Assembly: GCA_965221165.1 (NCBI GenBank)
Contig: CBDCRP010000003.1
Coordinates: forward strand, 1,056,001-1,120,000
Origin: a bacterium
Lineage (GTDB): Bacteria; UBA8248
Direction of reading: 5' to 3'
DNA length: 64,000 nt
Part shown: in pieces, positions 1-9,185 of the stretch
Layout of the letters: every line of letters begins with the position of its first letter
How positions within the stretch are numbered: the stretch's first letter is position 1
Translations under genes and position numbers: made by a program
Notes under the pieces: generated by a model
The model's database searches: none
Seen by the model: only the letters and a program-made list of their open reading frames with translations
Told to the model about the DNA's origin: nothing

Positions 1-148
1 CCTGAGGGTTTCCTGGCGATTGCTTTCACATTTTTTTCATCAATTCACCATATCTTTCTGGTATACTTTTGAAAGCGGAACCGCATAATGAAATTGTACC
101 AACGTGATACATCTCCTTGCAGTCCACCTTAAACGAAGGAGATTGACC

Positions 149-346
149 ATGCAGAAGCGATTTCTCGTCCTGGCTCTCGCTCTGAGCTTCGCCATCGGCG
201 GCTACGCTTCACTCGCAACAGCGGCGAACCCGTGCGCCAAGAAAAACCCCTGCGCGGCGAACCCTTGCGCCAAGAAGAACCCTTGCGCGAAGAATCCGTG
301 CGCGAAGAACCCCTGCGCGAAGAAAAACCCTTGCGCCAAGAAGTAG
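149..346 (+). CDS. Small secreted Cys-rich peptide with 7 NPC repeats
   Basis: RBS AAGGAG before ATG149; signal peptide MQKRFLVLALALSFAIGGYASLATA followed by (A/K)NPCA(K)K repeats. Confidence 0.85.
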   Translation: MQKRFLVLALALSFAIGGYASLATAANPCAKKNPCAANPCAKKNPCAKNPCAKNPCAKKNPCAKK

Positions 347-472
347 TCCGGTTTTCGGGTATTCGGCTTTGTGTCTTGCATGCATGAAAAATGGCCGCCG
401 CCACAGCTTCATGACCCTCCGGTGAATCAAAGGCCGGAGGGTCGAGAACACACCCGACAGAGGAACAACGCC

Positions 473-937
473 ATGCGAAACCTCCACAAAGCGCTCGTGA
501 TTCTCTTTGCGATATCCATGCTCCCCCTCGCATCGACTCCCGTGAGTGCCGCCGAGCCGACCGTCATCACCCTTACCCAGACGGGATGCCAGTTCACCGA
601 ACCCGAAGGCAAGGACCATGGCTTCAAAACCAGGGGGTCGGCCGATTGCAATACCATCAACTCCCAAAGCGGAAAGAAACGCCTCGCCGAAGCCGAGACC
701 ATCACGCTCAAACCCGGCAATTACGTTTTTCGGGTGACGAACAAGAACGTGCCTTACGAACTCGGGTTTTATCTGCGCGGCGCAGGCATCGGACGCCTCA
801 CGCTGCCGAAGGTCTCGGGAGGCGGCCTCGTGATAGGGAAATCGACGGATTACGCCATCACCCTGAAAGAGGGCGACTATTATTATTCATGCCCCCTGAA
901 CCCGACTCCCGATTACAGGCTGAAGGTGGTGAACTAA
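473..937 (+). CDS. Secreted cupredoxin-like domain protein
   Basis: RBS GAGGA; signal peptide ending PVSA; LKPGNYVFRVTN and C-terminal LKEGDYYYSCPLNPTP resemble cupredoxin strands. Confidence 0.7.
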   Translation: MRNLHKALVILFAISMLPLASTPVSAAEPTVITLTQTGCQFTEPEGKDHGFKTRGSADCNTINSQSGKKRLAEAETITLKPGNYVFRVTNKNVPYELGFYLRGAGIGRLTLPKVSGGGLVIGKSTDYAITLKEGDYYYSCPLNPTPDYRLKVVN

Positions 938-940
938 ATT

Positions 941-1231
941 TCAGATCGGGCGCGAGACCAGGCCGCTCACATCTTCTCGCGCGTCTATCGCATTGACCTC
1001 ATGAACCAGCGCGCTTCTCCCGTTCGCAACCGGGCGGGAGAAGCGCGCGCATTTCAGAAACTTCTCCTCCAGTTCAGACGCACGCATCGGCCTCTCGAGC
1101 CCCCCGCGCACTTGCGCAACCGTCCGTGAAAGCGCCTCTCCACTTTTCGGATGAATCTCCACGCGTGCGGGAACCTCCTGTCGTATCGACGCATCAATCA
1201 CCAGTTCCATGCGCGGAACCACCGGGTTCAT
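941..1231 (-). pseudogene. C-terminal remnant of MmgE/PrpD-family protein
   Basis: PARVEI...RGGLERPM...ELEEKFLKCA matches the PrpD C-terminal pattern; no N-terminal domain. Confidence 0.6.
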
Positions 1232-1405
1232 GCGCTATTCGCCCCTTCGATTCGATGTATGCGTTTTCGCGCATATCCAGAGGAAATGGAAAAACCCCGG
1301 ACCCGGTAGAGCCGCGCACCCGCCTTATTTTATAATAACTCCTCTGCGCGGAATATGGCCGTGAATCATATATCCATCCGCATGAAGCCGAATGGAGAGA
1401 TATCC

Positions 1406-2311
1406 GTGAACCTTCAAAATTCTCCCACCGTGTGCGTACTGGGATTCGGCATGGCGGGCAGGCCCATCGCCCGGGGGCTGGCCGAAGCCGGCGTGGCGCA
1501 AGTTCGCGTGTGGAAAAGACCGCCCTGGCGCTCGGAACATCTCGACGCCTCCGCTCATCCGGCCATGCGGATGACAAAATCCATGGAAGAGGCGGTGGGT
1601 GGCGCGGACCTCGTTCTCTCGCTCGTGACGACGGAAATCGCGCTGGAAACGGCGCGCAGCGCCTCCCCCTTTCTCGAGAATACCGTGTATGTGGATTTGA
1701 ACACCACGACTCCTGAGGTGAAAAGAGAGATTGGCCGCGCCATAGAGGCGGGCGGGGGCCGGCCGATTGACGCGGCGATATGCGACCCTGCGGAAGTGTA
1801 CGGGCATAAGGTCGTCACCTTGATCTCAGGACCCGGGGCCCGCTCCCTGAGCGAGGCCATGGCGCGCTACGGGATGCAGCTTCAGGTGCTCAGCGAGCGC
1901 GTGGGAGACGCCTCCGCCTTAAAAGTCGTGCGCAGCGTATTCACCAAAGGCCTGATGATGACTTTCCTGGAAGCCATCGAGGCGGCGAGACGCTGCGGGC
2001 TCGTGGATGAACTCCTGGAATCCATCGCCGGCACCGTGGAGGGACTCCCACTCAGGGATTTGGCCTTGAGTCTGGCGGGCACGAGTCTCATCGCCGCCGA
2101 CAGAAGGGCGCAGGAGATGGAAGGCGTCGTCTCGACCCTCGAATCGCTGGGGGTGGACGCACACATCAGCTCCGCCTCGCTCGAGAAGTTCCACTGGCTC
2201 AAGGGGTTCGATTTCCACGGCGAACTCGGGGGTGTGCCGCCCGAATCGGTCGAAACCATGCTCCGGGTGCTCAGGAAAATTTTCGACGCCTCCCCGAAGC
2301 CGACAGAGTAA
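1406..2311 (+). CDS. NAD(P)-dependent oxidoreductase, 6PGD/HIBADH-like with DUF1932-type C-terminus
   Basis: VLGFGMAG Rossmann motif; GDASALKVVRSVFTKG; RRAQEM; GTG start after GGAGA. Confidence 0.85.
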   Translation: MNLQNSPTVCVLGFGMAGRPIARGLAEAGVAQVRVWKRPPWRSEHLDASAHPAMRMTKSMEEAVGGADLVLSLVTTEIALETARSASPFLENTVYVDLNTTTPEVKREIGRAIEAGGGRPIDAAICDPAEVYGHKVVTLISGPGARSLSEAMARYGMQLQVLSERVGDASALKVVRSVFTKGLMMTFLEAIEAARRCGLVDELLESIAGTVEGLPLRDLALSLAGTSLIAADRRAQEMEGVVSTLESLGVDAHISSASLEKFHWLKGFDFHGELGGVPPESVETMLRVLRKIFDASPKPTE

Positions 2312-2513
2312 GACAAACCGTCGCCCGCAGAGCCGGATAATCTGAAATTTGTGCCTCTAATCCCTTGATTTTCCCGAGCGGCATCTGGTAGCATCCCCTT
2401 GCGCTTGGGATTGCCAGGTGAATTCGAGTTGAATTAAACGTGAATCGCCAGGGGGTCGTTCCCTCGGGGTTCAAACCGTAAAAATTTTTATTATCCGTAG
2501 GAGGGAATCATCC

Positions 2514-2825
2514 ATGACATTTGTCATCGGGGAGAAGTGCCTGGGCGAGCGCTATGCGACGTGTGTGAGCGTCTGTCCCGTCGATTGTATGCACCCGGGC
2601 GAGTACAAAGGGGAACCCTTCCTGATCATCGACCCCGAGGAATGCATCGACTGCGGGGTTTGCCAGCCGGAGTGTCCGATCGACGCCATCCTGGAAACCG
2701 AAGACGACGATCCCGTATGGGCGGAAATCAACGCGGAACTCACCGAGGAATTCAAGAACAACGAGCCGGTCGAACCGCGCCCCGCGAACGACCCGCCGCG
2801 AAGAGCGGACAACACGTTGCGCTAG
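2514..2825 (+). CDS. 7Fe-type (FdxA-like) ferredoxin
   Basis: C-x7-CVSVCPVDC and CIDCGVCQPECPIDAI; RBS AGGAG. Confidence 0.92.
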   Translation: MTFVIGEKCLGERYATCVSVCPVDCMHPGEYKGEPFLIIDPEECIDCGVCQPECPIDAILETEDDDPVWAEINAELTEEFKNNEPVEPRPANDPPRRADNTLR

Positions 2826-2842
2826 CTCCACCCTGCCGATTC

Positions 2843-2877
2843 AAACACCGCGGTCGTGAGGCCGCGGTGTTTTTTTT
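2843..2877 (+). terminator. Intrinsic terminator after ferredoxin
   Basis: AAACACCGCGGTC-GTGA-GGCCGCGGTGTTT plus T run. Confidence 0.85.
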
Positions 2878-2940
2878 GCCTGCGCCCAAGCGCTTTTTCA
2901 TTCACCCCACGGCCCAGAAACGGGGAATGCGGAGGGAGCT

Positions 2941-3081
2941 ATGATTTTGAACCGACCAGAAGAAGCAGGCCCGCACAGCGCGTGGTACAGCACGGCCGCC
3001 TTGGAAGACATGCGGCGAAAGGCGGCGACCGACGTACTGCGCGTGCTGCGGGGGGAAAAGCCGCGCTATCCCGTGAAATGA
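2941..3081 (+). pseudogene. C-terminal remnant of D-2-hydroxyacid dehydrogenase (CtBP-like)
   Basis: Hand translation MILNRPEEAGPHSAWYSTAALEDMRRKAATDVLRVLRGEKPRYPVK*; contains the PHxAWYS motif. Confidence 0.7.
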
Positions 3082-3108
3082 TTCATTCCATACTGGCGAC
3101 CAAGCGTA

Positions 3109-3957
3109 TTACTTTTCAATCGGGAACCCGACGACGCTCCCCCACTCCGTCCATGAGCCGTCATAAATCTTGACGTCTTCATAGCCCAGAAGATACCGCA
3201 TGGCGAACCAGACCAGACTGGCCCGGTGGCTCAGGCGTCAGTAGAGGACGAGTTCGATCTCATCATCGGGCGCGGCGCCTGCGCCGCCGAGAATCCGCGC
3301 AAGTTCCTCCCTGCTCTTGTAGGTGTCGTCCGCATTCAGCAGTTCGCGGAAAAACAGGTGCACCGCTCCCGGTATGCGCCCCGCGCGCTCGGCCCCGTGG
3401 TCGAAACCCGGCGGAGGCATCACCCGCTCGCCCCTGTATTCCTCAGGCGAGCGCACGTCCAGCAGCACCCTGCCCGGCTCGCCCAGTTTCGCGCGGATAT
3501 CCTCCCTGCCCACGCTTAAAATCTCCGCCTCACCCGGCGCGGGATGGTCGACGGCCACGGCATCCGGAGCCTCGCTCGAAACAGGCATCCCGTCCGCAAT
3601 CCATCTCGTCTTCGCGCCGTCCAGCAGCTTCAGATTTGTGAAGCCCGCCATCTTCAAGACCCAATACGCATAGGTTCCGAACTGCACGGGCTCGCCGTAT
3701 ATGACGATTTCATCATCCGGCCCGATGCCCATCCCGCCCAACTGCTCCGCCAATGCCTCGGGCGCGGCGAACGCGCGGTCCGTCTCGTGCCAGAGCACCC
3801 CTTTCCAGAACCACCAGTGCGCTCCGGGAATGTGGGCTTCACGGTAGGAGGCGTCGTCACTGGCTGATGAAACCTCAATGACGTGTAAATTCGGGCTCCC
3901 CAGGTGCTCGGAGAGCCACGCGGTAGAAACGAGCGCGGAACCATCTGTCGGAGTCAT
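3109..3957 (-). CDS. Two-domain rhodanese/sulfurtransferase (SseA/TST type), probable selenoprotein (UGA 3238-3240)
   Basis: [19 protein letters not shown]; frame continues past UGA as [46 protein letters not shown]. Confidence 0.9.
3208..3226 (-). promoter_or_regulatory. Candidate bacterial SECIS hairpin (rhodanese)
   Basis: CCGGGCC-AGUCU-GGUCUGG starting 11 nt after the UGA; G in apical loop. Confidence 0.65.
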
Positions 3958-4010
3958 ATTTCAATGCCCTCTCAATAAGAAAATGAACATACGAATCGTG
4001 TCACGGAAAA

Positions 4011-5435
4011 TCACCCGCCGAACATGGGTGGCTTCTTTTGCTGGATGTCCGGCGTGGCCTCCTCGAACGCATGGGACGCCTGCAGCACGCGGGCCTCCTC
4101 CCAGGGCGGCCCCACGAACTGGGCCGAAACCGGCAGGCCGTCTGTGCTGTAGCCGGACGGCGCGGCCATGGCCGGGAAACCGAACAGATTGTACGGGCCG
4201 GTCTGGGGCCTGCCGAGACCCGAGAAGGGGACCTCCTTCCCGTTCACCGTGCCCATCGTCGTCGCAATCGGCGCCGCGGGACAAGGATAGCCCGGCGCCA
4301 GGAGGATATCGATTTCACCAAACACTTTCTCCATCTCCCGGGTGAGCGTGCGCCGTTCCCGGTAGGCCTGCACGTAATCATCGAGCGTCACGCGGTTCAC
4401 CGATTCCAGGCGCTCGCGGACGTCGTCGCCGAACATTTCTGGATGTTCGCTGAACCGCTCGCGGTGAACCACCGCCAACTCGGCGCCCGAGATCGCCCCG
4501 CGCACCTTGTTCATCCGCTCGGCGTGGGGATAGCGCACATGAACGATGACGCCGCCGAGCGCCTTCATCGTCTCAATCGCGCCCTCAAAGCCTTTCTGCA
4601 CCGACTCGTCGTTTTCTGCGAAGTGAAGATCCTCACAAATTCCGAAGCGCATCCCTTGGACGCCCTCACCTATCAGGGCGCAGAAATCGGGCGTCTCGCG
4701 GTCCTCGGAACCGGGATCCGCCGGGTCGTAGCCCGCCATCGCCTGGAGCATGAGGCCGCAATCGCGCGCGCATCTCGCGAGCGGCCCGGCGTGGTCGAGG
4801 CTCGGAGAGTTCGGGAAAATGCCGCGAAGGCTCACGCGCCCGTAGGTGGGCTTCAGGCCCATAGTGCCGCATGCGCTCGCAGGCCCCCGGATGGAGCCGC
4901 CCGTGTCGGTCCCCACGGCCCCGGGACACATGAACGCCGCCACGGCTGCGCCCGAACCGCCGCTCGAACCGCCCGCCACCCTCTCGGTGTCCCAGGGGTT
5001 CCGGCACGGGCCGTAATGGGGGTTCACGGTGGTGGAGCCCGCCGCGAATTCGTGCGTGTTGCATTTCCCGATGATGACGGCGCCCGCCGCTTTCAGCTTT
5101 CTTACGCACTCCGCATCCTCGGCCGGAACATTTTTTTGGAAAAAACTCGAACCCTGCGTCGTCAGGACGCCTGCGGTATCGACGATGTCCTTGACGCCCA
5201 CGGGTATCCCGTGGAGCGGACCTCGGTAGTTTCCGCCCTGAATCTCATCCTCCACCCTTTTCGCGTCTTCCGCCGCCTCATCCGCGCACACGGTGATGAA
5301 AGCGTTGAGCTGGGGATTAAACGCCTCGACCTGGCGCAAATGCGCGTCCACCACCTCGCGCGGCGAGATTTCCTTGCTCTCGATCTGCCGGGCGAGCTCA
5401 TGTATCGAGAGAAAATTCAGTCCATCGGCGCTCAT
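4011..5435 (-). CDS. Amidase signature family protein
   Basis: GPLHGIPVGVKD, GGSSGGS, GTDTGGSIRGPA. Confidence 0.93.
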   Translation of the reverse strand: MSADGLNFLSIHELARQIESKEISPREVVDAHLRQVEAFNPQLNAFITVCADEAAEDAKRVEDEIQGGNYRGPLHGIPVGVKDIVDTAGVLTTQGSSFFQKNVPAEDAECVRKLKAAGAVIIGKCNTHEFAAGSTTVNPHYGPCRNPWDTERVAGGSSGGSGAAVAAFMCPGAVGTDTGGSIRGPASACGTMGLKPTYGRVSLRGIFPNSPSLDHAGPLARCARDCGLMLQAMAGYDPADPGSEDRETPDFCALIGEGVQGMRFGICEDLHFAENDESVQKGFEGAIETMKALGGVIVHVRYPHAERMNKVRGAISGAELAVVHRERFSEHPEMFGDDVRERLESVNRVTLDDYVQAYRERRTLTREMEKVFGEIDILLAPGYPCPAAPIATTMGTVNGKEVPFSGLGRPQTGPYNLFGFPAMAAPSGYSTDGLPVSAQFVGPPWEEARVLQASHAFEEATPDIQQKKPPMFGG

Positions 5436-5596
5436 CTTGACCTCCATTCCACCTGTGTGAATTTTATTTCGCTTCTATCGGGTTGATTGAACATCACCTT
5501 AGCATGACGGGGCGAGCTTCGCCCTCACCGGAGGAGATATCTTACTCTTCCAAGTCCAACGTGCACTTCGGAATCACTCCTCCCTTGGGGGTCAAA

Positions 5597-5836
5597 CCCG
5601 ACCGGTGAGGGAGGGTTTGTCCCGACCGGTGAGGGAGGGTTTGTCCCGACCGGTGAGGGAGGGTTTGTCCCGACCGGTGAGGGAGGGTTTGTCCCGACCG
5701 CGAAGGGAGGGTTTGTCCCGACCGCGAAGGGAGGGTTTGTCCCGACCGCGAAGGGAGGGTTTGTCCCGACCGCGAAGGGAGGGTTTGTCCCGACCGGTGA
5801 GGGAGGGTTTGTCCCGACCGCGAAGGGAGGATGTGT
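5597..5836 (+). repeat. 24-bp tandem repeat, 10 units in two variants
   Basis: CCCGACC(GGTGA/GCGAA)GGGAGGGTTTGT head-to-tail with no spacers; last unit degenerate. Confidence 0.97.
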
Positions 5837-5842
5837 TTCCGT

Positions 5843-6085
5843 GTAGGGGCCGCCCCTCCTCGGGACTGCCCCACCGTTCGCGAACCGCCCACGCATATAT
5901 GCGACCCTGGATTTTCCGCCTTCACGACGCGGGCCGGCCCCGAGGAGGGGTTCCGTCCCCTACGGAAAACCGCGAACCCCGTAGGGACAGGCCCCTGTGC
6001 CTGCCCGTCCCCGCCGTCCGGCAAGGGACAACTACAGGGGGCAGGTCGGACACACAGGTGGCAGACATATATGTCCGCCCCTACA
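5843..6085. repeat. GTAG-type REP/REPIN-like palindromic cluster
   Basis: GTAGGGGC...CCCCTAC and GTAGGGACAGGCCCCTGTGCCTGCCC...GCCCCTAC inverted pairs; largely shared with 16190-16311. Confidence 0.75.
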
Positions 6086-6257
6086 AACCCGTAAACCCGA
6101 CCGAGAAGGGAGACGATGCCCGGCCGGCGGCGCCTGATCCGGGCGTTGACCGGTTTTTTACATTTGGCTAACATATTTCGCAGGTGGAAGGATGCGCCAA
6201 TCGATCCGCAGCGGCGTATGCCGCCGCTTGCGGGTTCCGAATTCGTGGAGAGAGGAC

Positions 6258-6851
6258 ATGTCGGATAGTATAAACGGCGCGGGCGGCCCCCTGATTTACG
6301 GCACCGAGGGCGACGACGAACTCGAAGGCGACGAGGGCGGAAACGCGCTTTCCGGCGCAGGAGGCAACGACACCCTGGATGGCCGCGGAGGGAAAGATAT
6401 CCTCCTGGGCGGTGCGGGCGACGATGTGCTCTATGGCGGCGAGGGCGCCGACGTGCTTGACGGCGGCGCGGGGGACGACGAGCTCTATGGCGGCGCGGGC
6501 GACGACTACCTTCTCGGCTCCGAGGGCGACGATGTGCTCTATGGCGGCGAGGGGGACGACGTCCTCTATGGCGAAGGAGGCGCGGATACCTTCGTCATCC
6601 AACCCGGCCATGGGAACGACACGGTCAAGGACTTCGCCGACGGGGAGGACGCGATCGATCTCAGCGGGTTCACCGTCATTTCCGGTTTTGGGGATCTGAG
6701 CATCACCGCCGACGGGGACGACGCCGTGATCGACTTGAGCGCGCACGGCGGAGGTTCGATTCGGCTCGAGAGTGTCGACGTCGCAGACCTCGACGCCGAG
6801 GATTTCACGTTTTACGAGCCCCCGACAGACGCTGAGGTCAACGCCATCTGA
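6258..6851 (+). CDS. RTX/hemolysin-type calcium-binding repeat protein
   Basis: About 11 GGxGxDxLx nonapeptides, then GNDTVKDFADGEDAIDLS. Confidence 0.92.
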   Translation: MSDSINGAGGPLIYGTEGDDELEGDEGGNALSGAGGNDTLDGRGGKDILLGGAGDDVLYGGEGADVLDGGAGDDELYGGAGDDYLLGSEGDDVLYGGEGDDVLYGEGGADTFVIQPGHGNDTVKDFADGEDAIDLSGFTVISGFGDLSITADGDDAVIDLSAHGGGSIRLESVDVADLDAEDFTFYEPPTDAEVNAI

Positions 6852-7166
6852 GGGGCCCGTGAACGCCTGTTCACGAACAAAACGAGTTGCGGATGTCCAC
6901 CCGGACTTGCTCCCTCGAAGCGAGCGGGGGATCGGGTTTTCCCGTGCTTGTTCCGTGTTTCCCGATACATGAGATGGATGTCGCTTTCGCTCGTGCGCGC
7001 CGGGAGAGGCTCGCGCCGACTCGAAGTCCCGTTTGAGAGAGTGGTACTTGGCGGAACCGCGCCGATTTGCTATGGATGTTCCCATGTCGATTGCTTGAAA
7101 CGCCACGTTGCGCGAGAGAAGCGTAAATAACGGCGGCGCGGCCATCATCCATGAGGTCACAACCAC

Positions 7167-8318
7167 ATGAACGGCGATATTTTCGACGCCCTGGTAATCG
7201 GCGGAGGAATCAACGGGCTTTCGGCGCTCTATCACCTGAAACGCCTGGGTGCGGAGCGCGTCGGCCTTGTGGAGCGTTTCTCGATCGGGCACGACCGGGG
7301 CAGCTCGCATGGCCCTGCCCGCGTCACGCGAAGCGCCTACGTCGCGCCCGAATACGTCCGCCTGATGCAATGGGTGCACGCGGAAGAATGGCCGAGGCTC
7401 GAAAAAGACATCGGCAAAAAACTCGTCCACCGTAACCCCGGGATCTACACCGGGCCTCCCTCCGAGCGTTTCGACCGCTACATTCGCGCGGTGCGGCAAG
7501 AGGGCGTGGACGCGGGAGTCATCTCGGCGGGCGAGGCGCGGGGTCTGTTTCCCCAGTTCACCTTCGAGAACGCAGAGAGCGTTCTGCTGGACAAGACGGG
7601 CGGGTTCGTCGCGGCGAAAGAAGCGGTCGACGCACTCGCAGGCCTTGCCCGCGAGAACGGGGTGATAATCCATGAAGACACCATTGTCCACGGAATCGAC
7701 CCGGCGACCGACCCTGTGCGAGTCGAAACGAGCGCGGGAACGCTCCAGGCCGAGCGCCTCATCGTGGCGGCGGGCGCGTGGGCGCGGGATTTGCTCCCCT
7801 TCTTGAAGCCCAAGCTCACCATCTCCCGGCAGACCGTGGGATATTTTACGCCTGCGCACGAGCCGGAGGCCTACCGGCCCGGCCGTTTCCCCGTCTGGGT
7901 GTATATGGAGCAGGAAGAGAACGACCTTTTCTACGGGATGCCCGATATAGGCCACACGGGCGTCAAGGTGGCCCGTCACATGAGAATCGGGGTGGATGAC
8001 GACCCCGACAACCCGCCTGATTCCATCGACCAGGACAAGATAGAGGACGTGAGGCGCTTCATGGCGACCTTCTTCACCGCATCGGGGTGGACGCTCGCGA
8101 ATGCGGAGCATTGCCTCTACACCAACGCGCCGAACGAGGATTTTATTATCGATTTGCACCCCGAGAACCCGCGCATCGCGTTCGGTGCCGGCTTCTCGGG
8201 CCACGGATTCAAGTTCGCCCCCCTCACCGGAAGGCTTCTGGCCGAACTCGCCTGGGGGGGAGAAATATCCATACCCGACGCCGAACTGGCGAGAGGGCTG
8301 TTTTCTCTCAAGAAATAA
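7167..8318 (+). CDS. Monomeric sarcosine oxidase / N-methyltryptophan oxidase-like FAD protein
   Basis: VIGGGING, GSSHGPARVTR, CLYT, GFSGHGFKFAP. Confidence 0.9.
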   Translation: MNGDIFDALVIGGGINGLSALYHLKRLGAERVGLVERFSIGHDRGSSHGPARVTRSAYVAPEYVRLMQWVHAEEWPRLEKDIGKKLVHRNPGIYTGPPSERFDRYIRAVRQEGVDAGVISAGEARGLFPQFTFENAESVLLDKTGGFVAAKEAVDALAGLARENGVIIHEDTIVHGIDPATDPVRVETSAGTLQAERLIVAAGAWARDLLPFLKPKLTISRQTVGYFTPAHEPEAYRPGRFPVWVYMEQEENDLFYGMPDIGHTGVKVARHMRIGVDDDPDNPPDSIDQDKIEDVRRFMATFFTASGWTLANAEHCLYTNAPNEDFIIDLHPENPRIAFGAGFSGHGFKFAPLTGRLLAELAWGGEISIPDAELARGLFSLKK

Positions 8319-8372
8319 GGCTTTATCTCTCGTTGTGAGAACCCACGCCGCCAAGAAAGCCTTAAGATGCCC

Positions 8373-9185
8373 TTATCCCATGAGCGCTCTTAGATTCTCG
8401 CCCGCTCGCCGCGCCGCCGTTCTGACGTCGGGTTTCGAGACTATCTGGCAGGTCAGATAGCCCGCATATCCTATCGAGCGGAGCGCACCGATGACTTCAC
8501 CGAAAGGAATGTGCCCGCCGCCGGGATACAGGCGGTTGTTCTCGGCCATGTGCATGTGGCCCAAAAGCTCTTTCGATTCGAGGATAGGTTCGGTGAACGA
8601 CGCCTCATCCACGTTCATATGGTAGGTGTCGAGCATGAGCCTGAGGCCCTCGTGGTCCATCTCCCTACAGAGGGCCACGCCCTCCGCCGCCGTGTTCACG
8701 TTGTTGATCCAGTGGCTGCACAAGGGTTCGAGATAGAGTTTGAGTCCGCGATCTGCGGCCTCATCCGCGAGACCGAGCAGGGCGTCGCGCATCCAGCGGA
8801 GAGAATCATCGCGCCGCGCGTCCTTGCAGAGGTTCCCGCGCGAAGAGCCGATCACCATGCCGCACCCGAACTTTTGCGCCATATCGAGCGCGTCCAGGTG
8901 GCGGCGGTAGGACACTTCCCTGATCTCGGGCACGGGATGGCACAGCCATATCCTGTCCTGAAAACCCATGGCCGCCGTGTGGATCATCGAAACCGACAAT
9001 CCCCGGCGCGCGACCTCCTTCTCTATCTCGTCCAAATCGAGTTCATCGGCTTTTCTCACCGAAAGCTCCACGCCCTCGAAGCCCGCCTCCGCCACGCAGG
9101 CGAGGTTTTCTTCGAGCGTTCCCTGCGCGCTGGGAAGGTTGGGGGTAGAAATATCCGGCGTGGCGATCTGATAGCTCAGCTTCAT
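8373..9185 (-). CDS. Sugar phosphate isomerase/epimerase (xylose isomerase-like TIM barrel)
   Basis: GFEGVEL, LYLEP, LDTYHMN, HMHMAENNRLYPGGGH. Confidence 0.9.
   Translation of the reverse strand: MKLSYQIATPDISTPNLPSAQGTLEENLACVAEAGFEGVELSVRKADELDLDEIEKEVARRGLSVSMIHTAAMGFQDRIWLCHPVPEIREVSYRRHLDALDMAQKFGCGMVIGSSRGNLCKDARRDDSLRWMRDALLGLADEAADRGLKLYLEPLCSHWINNVNTAAEGVALCREMDHEGLRLMLDTYHMNVDEASFTEPILESKELLGHMHMAENNRLYPGGGHIPFGEVIGALRSIGYAGYLTCQIVSKPDVRTAARRAGENLRALMG

Noticed and set aside
4038-5486. 482-aa plus-strand ORF (similar cases at 20037-21287 and 21527-22624)
   Set aside because: Antisense shadows of well-supported genes
5597-5836. Possible CRISPR array
   Set aside because: Units are contiguous with no unique spacers, and there are no cas genes in the window
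5525-6174. ORFs with REGLSRPV / GTNPPFAV / SGQTLP repeats
   Set aside because: They arise from a stop-free 24-bp DNA repeat open in several frames and run through non-coding REP sequence
6860-7150. Possible small gene or remnant between the RTX and oxidase genes
   Set aside because: No recognisable motif or RBS in the frames I translated
6168-8354. 728-aa minus-strand ORF
   Set aside because: Antisense shadow of the RTX and sarcosine-oxidase-like genes in GC-rich DNA; no motifs
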